From the NCBI RefSeq assembly GCF_000196555.1, contig NC_015067.1:600001-632000 (forward strand): a DNA stretch of 32,000 bases. The letters run 5' to 3'. The DNA comes from Bifidobacterium longum subsp. longum JCM 1217. GTDB taxonomy: Bacteria > Actinomycetota > Actinomycetes > Actinomycetales > Bifidobacteriaceae. Numbering within the stretch: position 1 is the stretch's first letter; each line of letters begins with the position of its first letter. The position numbers were made by a program, and so were the translations under genes. The notes under the pieces were generated by a model. That model was given only the letters and a program-made list of their open reading frames with translations. It made no database searches and had not been told where the DNA came from. Below are positions 7,271-15,785 of this stretch, one piece after another.

Positions 7271-8935
7271 ATGCAGCTTGAGTTGAATCGACGCAGCAAG
7301 GTGCCGATGTACCGGCAGCTGGCCGCCGAGCTGCGTGAACAGATCGTCTCCGGCGCGATGGCCGAGGGCTACCGCCTGCCTCCCGAACGCGAGCTGTCCT
7401 CACGTCTCGAAGTCAATCGCACCACGGTGTTGCAGGCGTATCAGCAGCTCAAGGACGAAGGTCTTATCGCCTCCAAAGTCGGCAAAGGCACGTTCGTGCT
7501 GCCGGCTGCCTCCGCAAGCCGAACATCGCACACGTCAAACAGTGACTTCGGGAATGCAATAACGCGAACAACACGATCGTCGGCAGAAATGGGAACATCG
7601 CAAGCCTCCTCTTCCGGCGACGTAGAACGTGCTACCTCCACTGATTTCTTGACGACAGACCAGGGCAGCAGCTCTGCGGCGGTCCATACGATTCGTGAAA
7701 GCCGTTCGGTTCAGGGCCCGGAACCAACCGTCGTGCGTCCGCCATGGTCGGTGTTGTTCTCTGATTATTCCAACCGGTTTACCTACCATGACATCGCCTC
7801 GGCCGAGCGGGCGCAGCGCGGCGACACCATTATTGACTTCGCCACCGGTTCGCCGAACCCGGCGGATATCCCGGACGATCTGCTGCGCAAGGTCAGCATC
7901 GAAGCATTCGAATCGCGGGAATTCGACGGCCAACCGGAATCACCTATCGAGGGATTCGAAGAGTTGCGTGCGCTGCTTGCCGAACATATGCGCGCACGAG
8001 GCGTACAATGCGGCGTCCGCAACGTGATGGTGCTCTCCGGCTCCGAGCAGGGCATTGACCTCATCGTGCGTGCGTTCATCAACCCCGGCGACTGCGTGCT
8101 GGTCGAACAATCCACGTTCTTCCCGGCATTGCAGACCTTCCGTTCGGCGGATGCGCGCATCATCGGCGTTCCAGTGGACGAGCACGGTATGCGTACAGAC
8201 CTGTTGGATGGGTATTGCGCGCGATTCCGGCCCAAGCTCATTTACACCGTCCCGACATTCCAAAACCCTACCGGTACCACGCTGCCGCCCGAACGACGCA
8301 GCGAACTCATCGACGTGGCGCGGCGCTATCAGTGTCTGATCGTGGAAGACGATGCTTACGGCGATTTGTGGTACGGCGGGGAATCGTCTGACGCACATCG
8401 CCCCATACTGCTCAAAGGCATGGAGAATGCGGGATACGTGATGTATTTGTCGACGTTCTCGAAAACCGTCACTTCGGGCCTGCGCACGGGATGGGTTGTG
8501 GCCGACCCGCATGTGATCAACCGGCTGGCGGCTCTGCGGCGCATGGTCGACCAGCATACGAGCACGTCATCGCAGCGCATCTGTCTGGAACTGCTTAAAG
8601 AAGGCCGCATCGCCGAACATTTGCGCGGTTTGATCAAGGCTTACCGCATTCGACGAGATGCAGCAATCGCAGCATTGGAGCGGTATGCGCCGGATGAAGT
8701 GTATTGGACCGTGCCTGCAGGCGGCTACTATATTTGGGTTTCCTTACCGGACGGCGTGCGCTCTCTGGATGTATTGGAATCCTGCCGTTCCCAAGGCGTC
8801 ACGTTCATGCCGGGCAGCGTGTTCGACGTTGACGAAATGGATGATTCCCATATTCGTCTCAACTTTGTGCGCCCGGATGCTGCTGACATTGATACCGGCA
8901 TTCGAATCATTGGCGAGACGATAGCACAGATGTAG
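7271..8935 (+). CDS. pdxR: MocR-subfamily GntR transcriptional regulator with aminotransferase-like domain (PdxR-like)
   Basis: N-terminal GntR wHTH (YRLPPERELSSRLEVNRTTVLQAYQQLKDEGLI). The C-terminal fold-type-I aminotransferase domain carries the PLP-lysine motif STFSKTVTSGLRTGW. It sits immediately downstream of pdxST. The symbol is assigned by context only. Confidence 0.8.
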   Translation: MQLELNRRSKVPMYRQLAAELREQIVSGAMAEGYRLPPERELSSRLEVNRTTVLQAYQQLKDEGLIASKVGKGTFVLPAASASRTSHTSNSDFGNAITRTTRSSAEMGTSQASSSGDVERATSTDFLTTDQGSSSAAVHTIRESRSVQGPEPTVVRPPWSVLFSDYSNRFTYHDIASAERAQRGDTIIDFATGSPNPADIPDDLLRKVSIEAFESREFDGQPESPIEGFEELRALLAEHMRARGVQCGVRNVMVLSGSEQGIDLIVRAFINPGDCVLVEQSTFFPALQTFRSADARIIGVPVDEHGMRTDLLDGYCARFRPKLIYTVPTFQNPTGTTLPPERRSELIDVARRYQCLIVEDDAYGDLWYGGESSDAHRPILLKGMENAGYVMYLSTFSKTVTSGLRTGWVVADPHVINRLAALRRMVDQHTSTSSQRICLELLKEGRIAEHLRGLIKAYRIRRDAAIAALERYAPDEVYWTVPAGGYYIWVSLPDGVRSLDVLESCRSQGVTFMPGSVFDVDEMDDSHIRLNFVRPDAADIDTGIRIIGETIAQM

Positions 8936-9288
8936 CCAAGTGACTGGCTCATTGCGGTTGTCGAGTTTTTTGATGGCTGCATACCCACATCGATGGGTGC
9001 ATTCGACGAATGAATAAGCGAGGAAGCCATCATCAGTTCGCTGTGGCATGCGCATAGCGTTGTCGGGCGAACGGGGCAGACCACGTGGTCGTTGCGTGAC
9101 CTGGCCGATCGAGCCGGCATCGCATTGCCCCTGGCGTAGTGGCGAGGTGGCGCAGTAACGAGTCACGCCATCGCGAGCCGATGATGCGAAATGCGGAACC
9201 GGTCGCGGCCATCAACGGCTATCATACATGCGGAAGCAACGATACGTTGGCGTCAGCACATCCATCTGACTCCAGAAAGGGACACGAT

Positions 9289-10221
9289 ATGACCACATCC
9301 TCCGTTTCGCCGGTGACCACTGAACTGGCGGGCAGCGAAACCGGCATCACGTTTATCATTCACGCCGGAGCGGGCAGTCGTGGCAAGCACAGCACGCCTG
9401 AACGCATCGCCCAGGTCGAACTTGATCTGCAGCGCGCCCTCGATGCCGGATACCAGTTGTTGGAATCCGGAGCACCGGCGCATGAGGCTGTGGTCGCCGC
9501 CATCCACGTCATGGAAGACGCTCCCGAATTCAACGCCGGCCGTGGTGCCGCCCTGACCAGCGATGGCATCGCCCAGATGGACGCCTGCCTGATGACCGGC
9601 GATGGCGAGGTCGGTGCGGTCACCGGCGTAAGCACCGTGAAGAACCCGATCGATGCGGCGCGTGCCGTCAAAGAGCAGACCAAGCATGTGCTGTTCGCGG
9701 ACCCGACCGATGCCGAGATCGCCGATTGGGGCGTCGCGACCGAAAGCAACGAGTACTTCATCACCGAACAGCGTCGTCAGTCCTTGGCCGAGGCTCAGTC
9801 CGGTGGCGATGAGTGGGAGAAGCATGGCACCATCGGTGCCGTGGCGCGCGATGCCGAGGGCAATATCGCCGCCGGCACGTCCACTGGCGGCATCACCAAC
9901 CAGATGCACGGTCGTGTGGGTGATTCGCCGCTGCCTGGTTGCGGCACGTTCGCCAACCAGTCCACGGTGGCGGTGTCCTGCACCGGCATCGGCGAGGCGT
10001 TCATCAAGGTGGTCGCCGCCCATCAGGTGTCGGATCGTGTGCGTTTCTCCGGCGAGAACGTCGAGGATGCCGCGACGGCCACTTTGGACGAAGTCGCCGC
10101 GCATCATGGCGATGGCGGCATGATCGTTCTGCCGGCGGTCGGCCGTGGCGTGGTCGCCTACAACAGCGAGATGATGAACTTCGGATACCGTAGCGCGCAA
10201 GGAGGTAAGGTGCAGGGCTGA
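9289..10221 (+). CDS. Isoaspartyl peptidase / L-asparaginase (Ntn-hydrolase, Asparaginase_2 family)
   Basis: Motifs IIHAGAG, autoprocessing site HGTIGAVARD, GTSTGGITNQ and GDSPLPGCG. ATG 9289 is preceded by GAAAGGGA and gives 310 aa. The track start at 9139 is an upstream extension. Confidence 0.85.
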   Translation: MTTSSVSPVTTELAGSETGITFIIHAGAGSRGKHSTPERIAQVELDLQRALDAGYQLLESGAPAHEAVVAAIHVMEDAPEFNAGRGAALTSDGIAQMDACLMTGDGEVGAVTGVSTVKNPIDAARAVKEQTKHVLFADPTDAEIADWGVATESNEYFITEQRRQSLAEAQSGGDEWEKHGTIGAVARDAEGNIAAGTSTGGITNQMHGRVGDSPLPGCGTFANQSTVAVSCTGIGEAFIKVVAAHQVSDRVRFSGENVEDAATATLDEVAAHHGDGGMIVLPAVGRGVVAYNSEMMNFGYRSAQGGKVQG

Positions 10222-10249
10222 TTGCCCCCTGTATTGCGGCATATATCAT

Positions 10250-10303
10250 AATGGCCGGTGTGCTGCGGATTCTTGGTAAGGAATCCGCAGCACACCGGCC
10301 ATT
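10250..10303. terminator. Strong bidirectional-type hairpin (23-bp perfect stem, 8-nt loop)
   Basis: AATGGCCGGTGTGCTGCGGATTC (10250-10272) and GAATCCGCAGCACACCGGCCATT (10281-10303) are perfect reverse complements. The hairpin lies between the convergent 3' ends of the isoaspartyl peptidase gene and the 40-codon minus-strand ORF. A/T-rich sequence follows on the minus strand. Confidence 0.65.
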
Positions 10304-10345
10304 CATGTATGCGGCAAGTGCCGCCGATCAGTGCGGCAGTGCGCG

Positions 10346-10468
10346 CTACTTGGTGATCGTGTTGTACGTGGGCATGTTCGTGTAATCGAACTGCACGTTC
10401 TTCACGTTCTGTGCAGACACGGCGGCGAAACGTTTGACCGGGAATACTGGGGTAATACGCAACTTCAT
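10346..10468 (-). CDS. Candidate small protein, 40 aa (MKLRITPVFPVKRFAAVSAQNVKNVQFDYTNMPTYNTITK), function unknown
   Basis: The minus-strand ATG at 10468 is preceded by GGAAGAGGAGCG, a strong SD at good spacing. The stop is at 10346 and the 23-bp-stem hairpin follows 43 nt downstream. I recognise no family. It could alternatively be the C-terminal remnant of a decayed gene. Confidence 0.4.
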   Translation of the reverse strand: MKLRITPVFPVKRFAAVSAQNVKNVQFDYTNMPTYNTITK

Positions 10469-10769
10469 CGCTCCTCTTCCTCGAATGAAACTGTGTTCCA
10501 TTGCTATGAGCCAGCCACGTACGGTATTCGTGTCTGGCCTGCCACACAATGATGCAGCCGTATATACGGGCACAGCATTGCGCGGCAGTTCATTGTATGG
10601 AAGACATGCAAACTCAATGTTTCCTTGTCCAAATAAAAAAACGAGCGCGGCTGATGTGCGGCACCGGTCCAAAAACTCATGTCCGCCAGCGCAACGCGAC
10701 TACGTACCTTATGCTGGTCTGCGCGTAAAATAGAATGGCTGCGATATTGGGTTATTCACGGAGGAATGG

Positions 10770-11957
10770 ATGCGACGCTGGCTGATCAATGTAGCCAAAA
10801 ATGAGACGATTCTCATCGTCGCCGCAATACTCGCCCTGATTTCGTGTTTCATTGTGCCGCCGGACGCCGATTACAAAAGCTACATTCACGCCAGCACCAT
10901 CAGCCAGCTCATCTGCCTGATGATTGTGGTGTGCGGATTCCAGCGTATCGGCGTGTTCCGCATCATCGGTTCGCGATTGCTGGAGAAGGTCAGCACCATG
11001 CGCGGACTGGTCATTACGCTTGTCGCTTTGACGTTCTTTTCCGCGATGTTCATCACCAATGACGTTGCGCTGGTCACGTTTGTGCCGTTCGCGGTGGCCG
11101 TGCTCATCATGGCTGGGCAAGAGGATAAGACCATCCTCGTGGTCACGCTGATGACCATTGGCGCGAACGTGGGCAGTATGCTCACCCCGATCGGCAACGC
11201 GCACAACCTGTATCTCAAAGCCCTGACCGGCATGCCGACCATGGAATTCCTCGGCATCATGGCACCGTATTCCGGCACGGCGGCCGTGTTGCTGGTCATC
11301 GTGATTTCCGTGGTGTTTGGCGGCAAACCGGTCGGCGACCTGGGCGACCTCGAAACCGGCGTGCTGGCTCCCGAGCGCAACAAACACCAGCCCGACGAGA
11401 TTCGTATCACCGGCTACGGCGCCGGTTATGGCGGCTGGCGCACCATCGTCTACTCGCTGCTGTTCATCGTCTGCCTACTGGCCGTCTCCGACGTGATTCC
11501 CCTGTGGGTGATGTGCGTGATCGTGGTCGTCGTGTTCCTGTTCACCGATCGGCGCGTATTCAAATACGTGGATTGGGGACTGCCGCTCACCTTCTGCATG
11601 TTCTTCATCTTCATCGGCAACATGAAGCGCGTGCCCGAATTCTACGAACTGGCGCGCTCGCTGGTCGGCGGCCATCCGCTGGAGGTGGCGGTCGGCTCCA
11701 GCCAGGTCATCAGCAATGTGCCCACCACGATTCTGCTTTCCGGCTTCTGCGACCAATGGCGCGATCTGATCATTGGCACCAATTTGGGCGGCATGGGTAC
11801 GCTCATCGCCTCGATGGCCTCGCTTATTTCTTACAAGAACGTCGTGCGCCAATACCCGCACAAGAAAGGCCGGTATCTGGCCGTCTACTCCGCCGTCAAC
11901 GTTCTGTTTTTGGCCGTATTGCTGACCTTGAGCTGGATCATCGAGCCGAGTCTCTGA
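10770..11957 (+). CDS. ArsB/NhaD-CitMHS (SLC13-like) family anion permease
   Basis: 395-aa polytopic membrane protein with about 10 or more hydrophobic segments. Its sequence style matches citrate-transporter-like/ArsB-NhaD permeases. The substrate cannot be inferred. Confidence 0.7.
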   Translation: MRRWLINVAKNETILIVAAILALISCFIVPPDADYKSYIHASTISQLICLMIVVCGFQRIGVFRIIGSRLLEKVSTMRGLVITLVALTFFSAMFITNDVALVTFVPFAVAVLIMAGQEDKTILVVTLMTIGANVGSMLTPIGNAHNLYLKALTGMPTMEFLGIMAPYSGTAAVLLVIVISVVFGGKPVGDLGDLETGVLAPERNKHQPDEIRITGYGAGYGGWRTIVYSLLFIVCLLAVSDVIPLWVMCVIVVVVFLFTDRRVFKYVDWGLPLTFCMFFIFIGNMKRVPEFYELARSLVGGHPLEVAVGSSQVISNVPTTILLSGFCDQWRDLIIGTNLGGMGTLIASMASLISYKNVVRQYPHKKGRYLAVYSAVNVLFLAVLLTLSWIIEPSL

Positions 11958-11981
11958 GCCGCCGTTGTGGGTTGGGCCGGT

Positions 11982-12242
11982 CTACCGCGCGTATACGGTG
12001 GGGGAGCCGGTCAGTCGGCTCATGGCCGACTGCGGGATGTCGTGGATGCGGCCGATGGTGGCATCCAGCGTGGATACGCCGGATACGCCGTCTGTGTTGG
12101 CTGTGTTGGCTGCAGAGGTGATGCTGGATACGCCGACTGCGGACGATGATACGGCCGCAACCATCGGCTGACGATAGGCGTTGGAGTTGCGGGCCAGCCG
12201 GGCGAGCGCAGGGCGCTGCCTGCGGAACAGATTGATAAACAT
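11982..12242 (-). CDS. Hypothetical protein, 86 aa
   Basis: The minus-strand ATG at 12242 is preceded by GAAGGAG at 8-nt spacing. The product is MFINLFRRQRPALARLARNSNAYRQPMVAAVSSS...GRIHDIPQSAMSRLTGSPTVYAR. The central part is Ser/Ala/Thr/Val-rich and encoded by short tandem DNA repeats. No recognisable domain. Confidence 0.4.
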   Translation of the reverse strand: MFINLFRRQRPALARLARNSNAYRQPMVAAVSSSAVGVSSITSAANTANTDGVSGVSTLDATIGRIHDIPQSAMSRLTGSPTVYAR

Positions 12243-12399
12243 ACCGCATACTCCTTCATCGTTGGCCGGCGGTCTTCTGGCCGCCGTGGTTTCCATCCTG
12301 CCCTCCCGTGCTTGTATTCGCTATGGGGGATAGCCCCTATTATTCCCTGAATCTGCACGATTCCCCCTCATCCTTGAGGGTGATTCTAACGGCAAAGGA

Positions 12400-12417
12400 A
12401 TCGGCCTAATGGCCGAT
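12400..12417 (-). terminator. Probable terminator of the arabinofuranosidase gene
   Basis: On the minus strand the hairpin ATCGGCC-ATTA-GGCCGAT starts 5 nt after the stop codon and is followed by TTCCTTTGCC. Confidence 0.45.
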
Positions 12418-12422
12418 GTCGA

Positions 12423-14732
12423 TCAGCGCGAAGCCACCAGCGTGACGCTGTACGGCTTGATCTTCATCGCCAGCAATGAAGACGGCGACGGCAATGTGTA
12501 AGCCCGACGTTCCGGCACAATCGCCCCCGAAGCCTCGCCGCGGTATCCGATAGTGGTTTTCGCCGTCGGACTGGCGCTTAACGTCGTCACCTCCAAACGC
12601 ACCGGTCGCGATGGCGAGGCGCCCAGCCCGGCCAGTCCGCGCGCGATTTCCAACGTCACATCCACCGGGGAATCGGAGGTATTGACGATTTTGATGTAAC
12701 GGCAGGCGTCATCCCCGTCATGCCCGGTGGCACTGACATACAGATGTTTGGCGGGGCGTGACGCGGTCTGCTCGATGGACACGGCATATGTCGTGTCGCC
12801 CAGATGCGTGGAAAACAGCCGCTCCACCTCATAATTCACCGTGGGGTTCACATGCGCCGGATTGAGTTCGATAAGATTCTGCGCCCACCCCTTAGCCGGG
12901 ATATGCGCGAGCAGCGGTGCATAGGAGGTCATGCGCACCACGTCGGAATTGCGCTCGCAACCGGTCAGGAACGCGGCCTCGCCGAGTGCCGACTTCCACG
13001 TGTTCGCGCCCTGTTCGGTCTGCGGTTGGCCGGCAAAATAGCCGTTGGCTGAATATTCGCCGAAATAGACGCCGGCGCCGCAACGCGGGTAAGCGTCGAA
13101 TCGTGACGCTTGGTATGCAAACCATTCGGGGGAGTGGTAAGAATGTTCGTCGATGATAATCGCGTCACCGGTGGCGGAATCATGTGCCCCGGAATCGGTT
13201 GCGGCCAACGCTCGCGCATGGTCCCAGCTGCGCTTCATCGCCGGCTGGAAGGGGAACAGTCCGGCGCTCATCACACACAGCATATCCGGGTATCGTTCAT
13301 GAATGGCCTCGCTGATCATGTCAAACTTGGCCACGTAGTCAGCCCCGAAGTTTTCGTTGCCCACGCCGATCATGTCCAAGCCGAACGGCTCAGGATGGCC
13401 CATATCACGCCGGACCGCGGCCCACGAGCTGGACTCCGGATCGCCATTCGCGAATTCGATGAGGTCCAGGTAGTCCTGAATCACATTGTTGCGGAAGGTG
13501 GCCGAATTGATATCCATGTGGCGCGGATCTCGGCCGGGCGACTGGCATGCGATGCCGGCGAACAGAGTAGGCAGCGGCTTGGCCTTGAGGTCCTCGCACA
13601 GGCAGAAATATTCGTAGAAACCGATCTGATAGCTCTGCGAATAGCTGGAACCATCCGGCATCTTGAACGACCACATCGAATACTGTTGGCGTCGCGCGGC
13701 CAGAGAGCCGACGGTATCCTTCCAGCGATACTCATTGCCGGGCGTCACACCTTCGACGATGCAGCCGCCGGGGAATCGCAGAAACGCTGGATGCAACGCC
13801 TGAATGGTCTCCACCAAATCGCGGCGCAGCTTGCCGTAACGCCATTTCGGGTCGCCCGCGCCCCAATAGTCCGCATCCATGAACTGCACCAGATCCAGAT
13901 CGAACGTGGTGCGTTCGCCGGCGTCAATGGTGATACGCAGCTTGCCGTAATCGGTGTTCAGTCCGGTTACGTCGGCGTTGAACCGGTACCAGCCGTCACG
14001 GCCGATGACGATGGCACCATCCGACGAATCCGGACTGATCGAAACGCCGGAATCCTGCGCATCGGCCCCATCGTCCTGCCTCAGACCGGTCTCTTCCGTA
14101 TCGTCAAGCGGATCGGAGTCCACGATATACGACAATCGAGTGATACTGGTGAGCGGCAGGCCGTACCTATCGACCACGCCGACGGACAGCTCGGCCCGCC
14201 CATGAACCGGACGTACCGCGAGACTGACGGAATAGGTGTGGTCGGCGACGATGGAGAACGCGGGCTCGCCCCCGTTGTCGCCGCCTCCGTTATAGCCGAG
14301 GTTTTCCAGATATGCAGGGCCGGTTTCGGAAGGAACATCGGACGTGATGCGAGCGTATCGGCTATGTGCGTGAATTGGCGGGGCGGGGCAGTCGGTGGTC
14401 ACCCGCTGGCCGTGAATCCCGCGTATCTCACTGCCAAGGCCGGCGGCGGAACAGTTGATGAAATCCCAGAAACGCAGGGAATCAGCCTGCGTACGCCACC
14501 GTTCGGCACCGGCCATACGCCACGTGTGATGGTCGAGATAAACGCCGTCAAAACTGTAGTTGTTCACCATGTTGGCGTTCAGCCCGCCATCCGCACCATG
14601 GTTGATGTCCTCGAAGAACACGCCGTACAGTCGCCCGCTTGTGTGATGGGTGGGGCTTCCCACGCTAATCCGCACCATGGTTTCGATTGTAGAGGGAATG
14701 GAGCGGAAAGGTAAACGGAAGAGTTCGCTCAC
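12423..14732 (-). CDS. Alpha-L-arabinofuranosidase, glycoside hydrolase family 51 (long form with N-terminal CBM-like region)
   Basis: LRFPGGCIVEG...NEYRWKDTVG and the IGVGNENFG acid/base motif, with a IIIDEHSYH nucleophile region, match the plant/Bacteroides-like GH51 subgroup. The start is GTG 14732 or ATG 14678. Confidence 0.85.
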   Translation of the reverse strand: MSELFRLPFRSIPSTIETMVRISVGSPTHHTSGRLYGVFFEDINHGADGGLNANMVNNYSFDGVYLDHHTWRMAGAERWRTQADSLRFWDFINCSAAGLGSEIRGIHGQRVTTDCPAPPIHAHSRYARITSDVPSETGPAYLENLGYNGGGDNGGEPAFSIVADHTYSVSLAVRPVHGRAELSVGVVDRYGLPLTSITRLSYIVDSDPLDDTEETGLRQDDGADAQDSGVSISPDSSDGAIVIGRDGWYRFNADVTGLNTDYGKLRITIDAGERTTFDLDLVQFMDADYWGAGDPKWRYGKLRRDLVETIQALHPAFLRFPGGCIVEGVTPGNEYRWKDTVGSLAARRQQYSMWSFKMPDGSSYSQSYQIGFYEYFCLCEDLKAKPLPTLFAGIACQSPGRDPRHMDINSATFRNNVIQDYLDLIEFANGDPESSSWAAVRRDMGHPEPFGLDMIGVGNENFGADYVAKFDMISEAIHERYPDMLCVMSAGLFPFQPAMKRSWDHARALAATDSGAHDSATGDAIIIDEHSYHSPEWFAYQASRFDAYPRCGAGVYFGEYSANGYFAGQPQTEQGANTWKSALGEAAFLTGCERNSDVVRMTSYAPLLAHIPAKGWAQNLIELNPAHVNPTVNYEVERLFSTHLGDTTYAVSIEQTASRPAKHLYVSATGHDGDDACRYIKIVNTSDSPVDVTLEIARGLAGLGASPSRPVRLEVTTLSASPTAKTTIGYRGEASGAIVPERRAYTLPSPSSLLAMKIKPYSVTLVASR

Positions 14733-14829
14733 CGTTCATGTTGCGGTCAATCCAAGTCGACTGTTCGCCGGTATACAGCCGGTAACCTCGAAACAGGAAT
14801 GGAAAATACGGACGACTAGGAGCGCGGCT

Positions 14830-15699
14830 GTGCAATCCTCGGTGGGAATACGTGAGCGCATCGACCACGTGTATCCGTCGCTGCGTCCGGCGGAGCGCGC
14901 CGTAGCCCAGTATATTCGGAATCATATCGAGGAGGCGGCCGACCTGACCGTCGGTCAGATGGCCGACATCGCCCACGTCAGCCAGCCGACGGTGATTCGG
15001 TTCGCCCGCAAGCTCGGCTTCGGCGGTTACCGTGAACTGCGGTACGTGTTGCGCAACCCGGCCGCCGAACACAAAGTGACCTTCAATCCGCTGGCCGGAT
15101 TCGATCTGAATCCGTGGGATGGCGAAGATGAGATTCCCGGTAAAGCGGCCGATGGCGCGAAGGCGCTGATCGACGAGCTGCACAGTGCGTTGGACCCCAA
15201 GGCCTATCGCAAGGCGGTCGCCCTACTCGCCGAATCGGAGTTCATCGACATTTTCGGCGTGGAGAATTCGTTGACACCGGCGATGGATCTGTTCACCAAG
15301 CTCGGCTACCTGGGACTGACATGCCGTCTCAATACCGACGCTTACCTGCAGCAGATCGGTGCCGGGCACCTGCCCCACGGCGCTGTGGCCGTCGCCTTCT
15401 CCCATTCGGGCAGTTCGGCGGATACGGTCAAAGCGTTGCGATTGGCGAAGTCGCATGGCGCGAAAACCATCGCCATAACCAATGCCATCGGCGCGCCGCT
15501 GGCCAGCTGGGCCGACGTGACGTTGCTGACGGGTCGTGATTCGCACACGATCTATGGCAATGCGATTTTCTCGCGCGTGGCCGATACCGCGCTCGTGGAC
15601 ATGCTGTACATGGGCGTGATTCTGTCCGACTATGGCCGGTTCTCCACCGCGCTCGACGAATCCGGTCGCATGATTCGCGACCGCGTATTCGAGAACTGA
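14830..15699 (+). CDS. RpiR/MurR-family transcriptional regulator (HTH_6 + SIS domain)
   Basis: HTH LTVGQMADIAHVSQPTVIRFARKLGFGGYRELR plus a SIS domain (AFSHSGSSADTV, AITNAIGAPL). GTG 14830 is preceded by AGGAG at 7-nt spacing and gives 289 aa. The gene is divergent from the GH51 gene. Confidence 0.88.
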   Translation: MQSSVGIRERIDHVYPSLRPAERAVAQYIRNHIEEAADLTVGQMADIAHVSQPTVIRFARKLGFGGYRELRYVLRNPAAEHKVTFNPLAGFDLNPWDGEDEIPGKAADGAKALIDELHSALDPKAYRKAVALLAESEFIDIFGVENSLTPAMDLFTKLGYLGLTCRLNTDAYLQQIGAGHLPHGAVAVAFSHSGSSADTVKALRLAKSHGAKTIAITNAIGAPLASWADVTLLTGRDSHTIYGNAIFSRVADTALVDMLYMGVILSDYGRFSTALDESGRMIRDRVFEN

Positions 15700-15785
15700 G
15701 CTGCTGCTTTATCGCGCCTTGGGCCGTATTGCTCTGGTCGTTGCTGCTTGGGTTGTTGACGATTTGGTCGTTGTCGCCCTGGTCG

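Noticed and set aside
8936-9288. 350-nt gap between the MocR regulator and the isoaspartyl peptidase gene; ORFs 8728-9120(-), 8744-9166(-), 9033-9215(-)
   Set aside because: None of the ORFs has an SD, a plausible composition or a recognisable motif, and I found no strong hairpins or repeats. It may hold a promoter or leader, or a decayed gene, but I cannot support a feature.
9253-10242. 329-aa minus-strand ORF opposite the isoaspartyl peptidase gene
   Set aside because: Shadow ORF; the plus-strand product carries the full Ntn-hydrolase motif set.
10631-10641. A-run (T-run on the minus strand) as an intrinsic terminator
   Set aside because: No stable GC-rich hairpin precedes the T-run on the minus strand; the adjacent GCCGC motifs are direct, not inverted. 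It is more likely part of an AT-rich promoter/UP region.
12060-12135. Short tandem repeats (GGATACGCC, GTGTTGGCT) as a possible CRISPR or VNTR array
   Set aside because: The units are 9 nt with two or three copies and no spacers of CRISPR size. They lie inside a plausible ORF and are better explained as coding micro-repeats.
13110-14714. 534-aa plus-strand ORF opposite the GH51 gene
   Set aside because: Antisense to a gene with clear GH51 catalytic motifs. The translation is Arg/Gly/His-rich with no domain.
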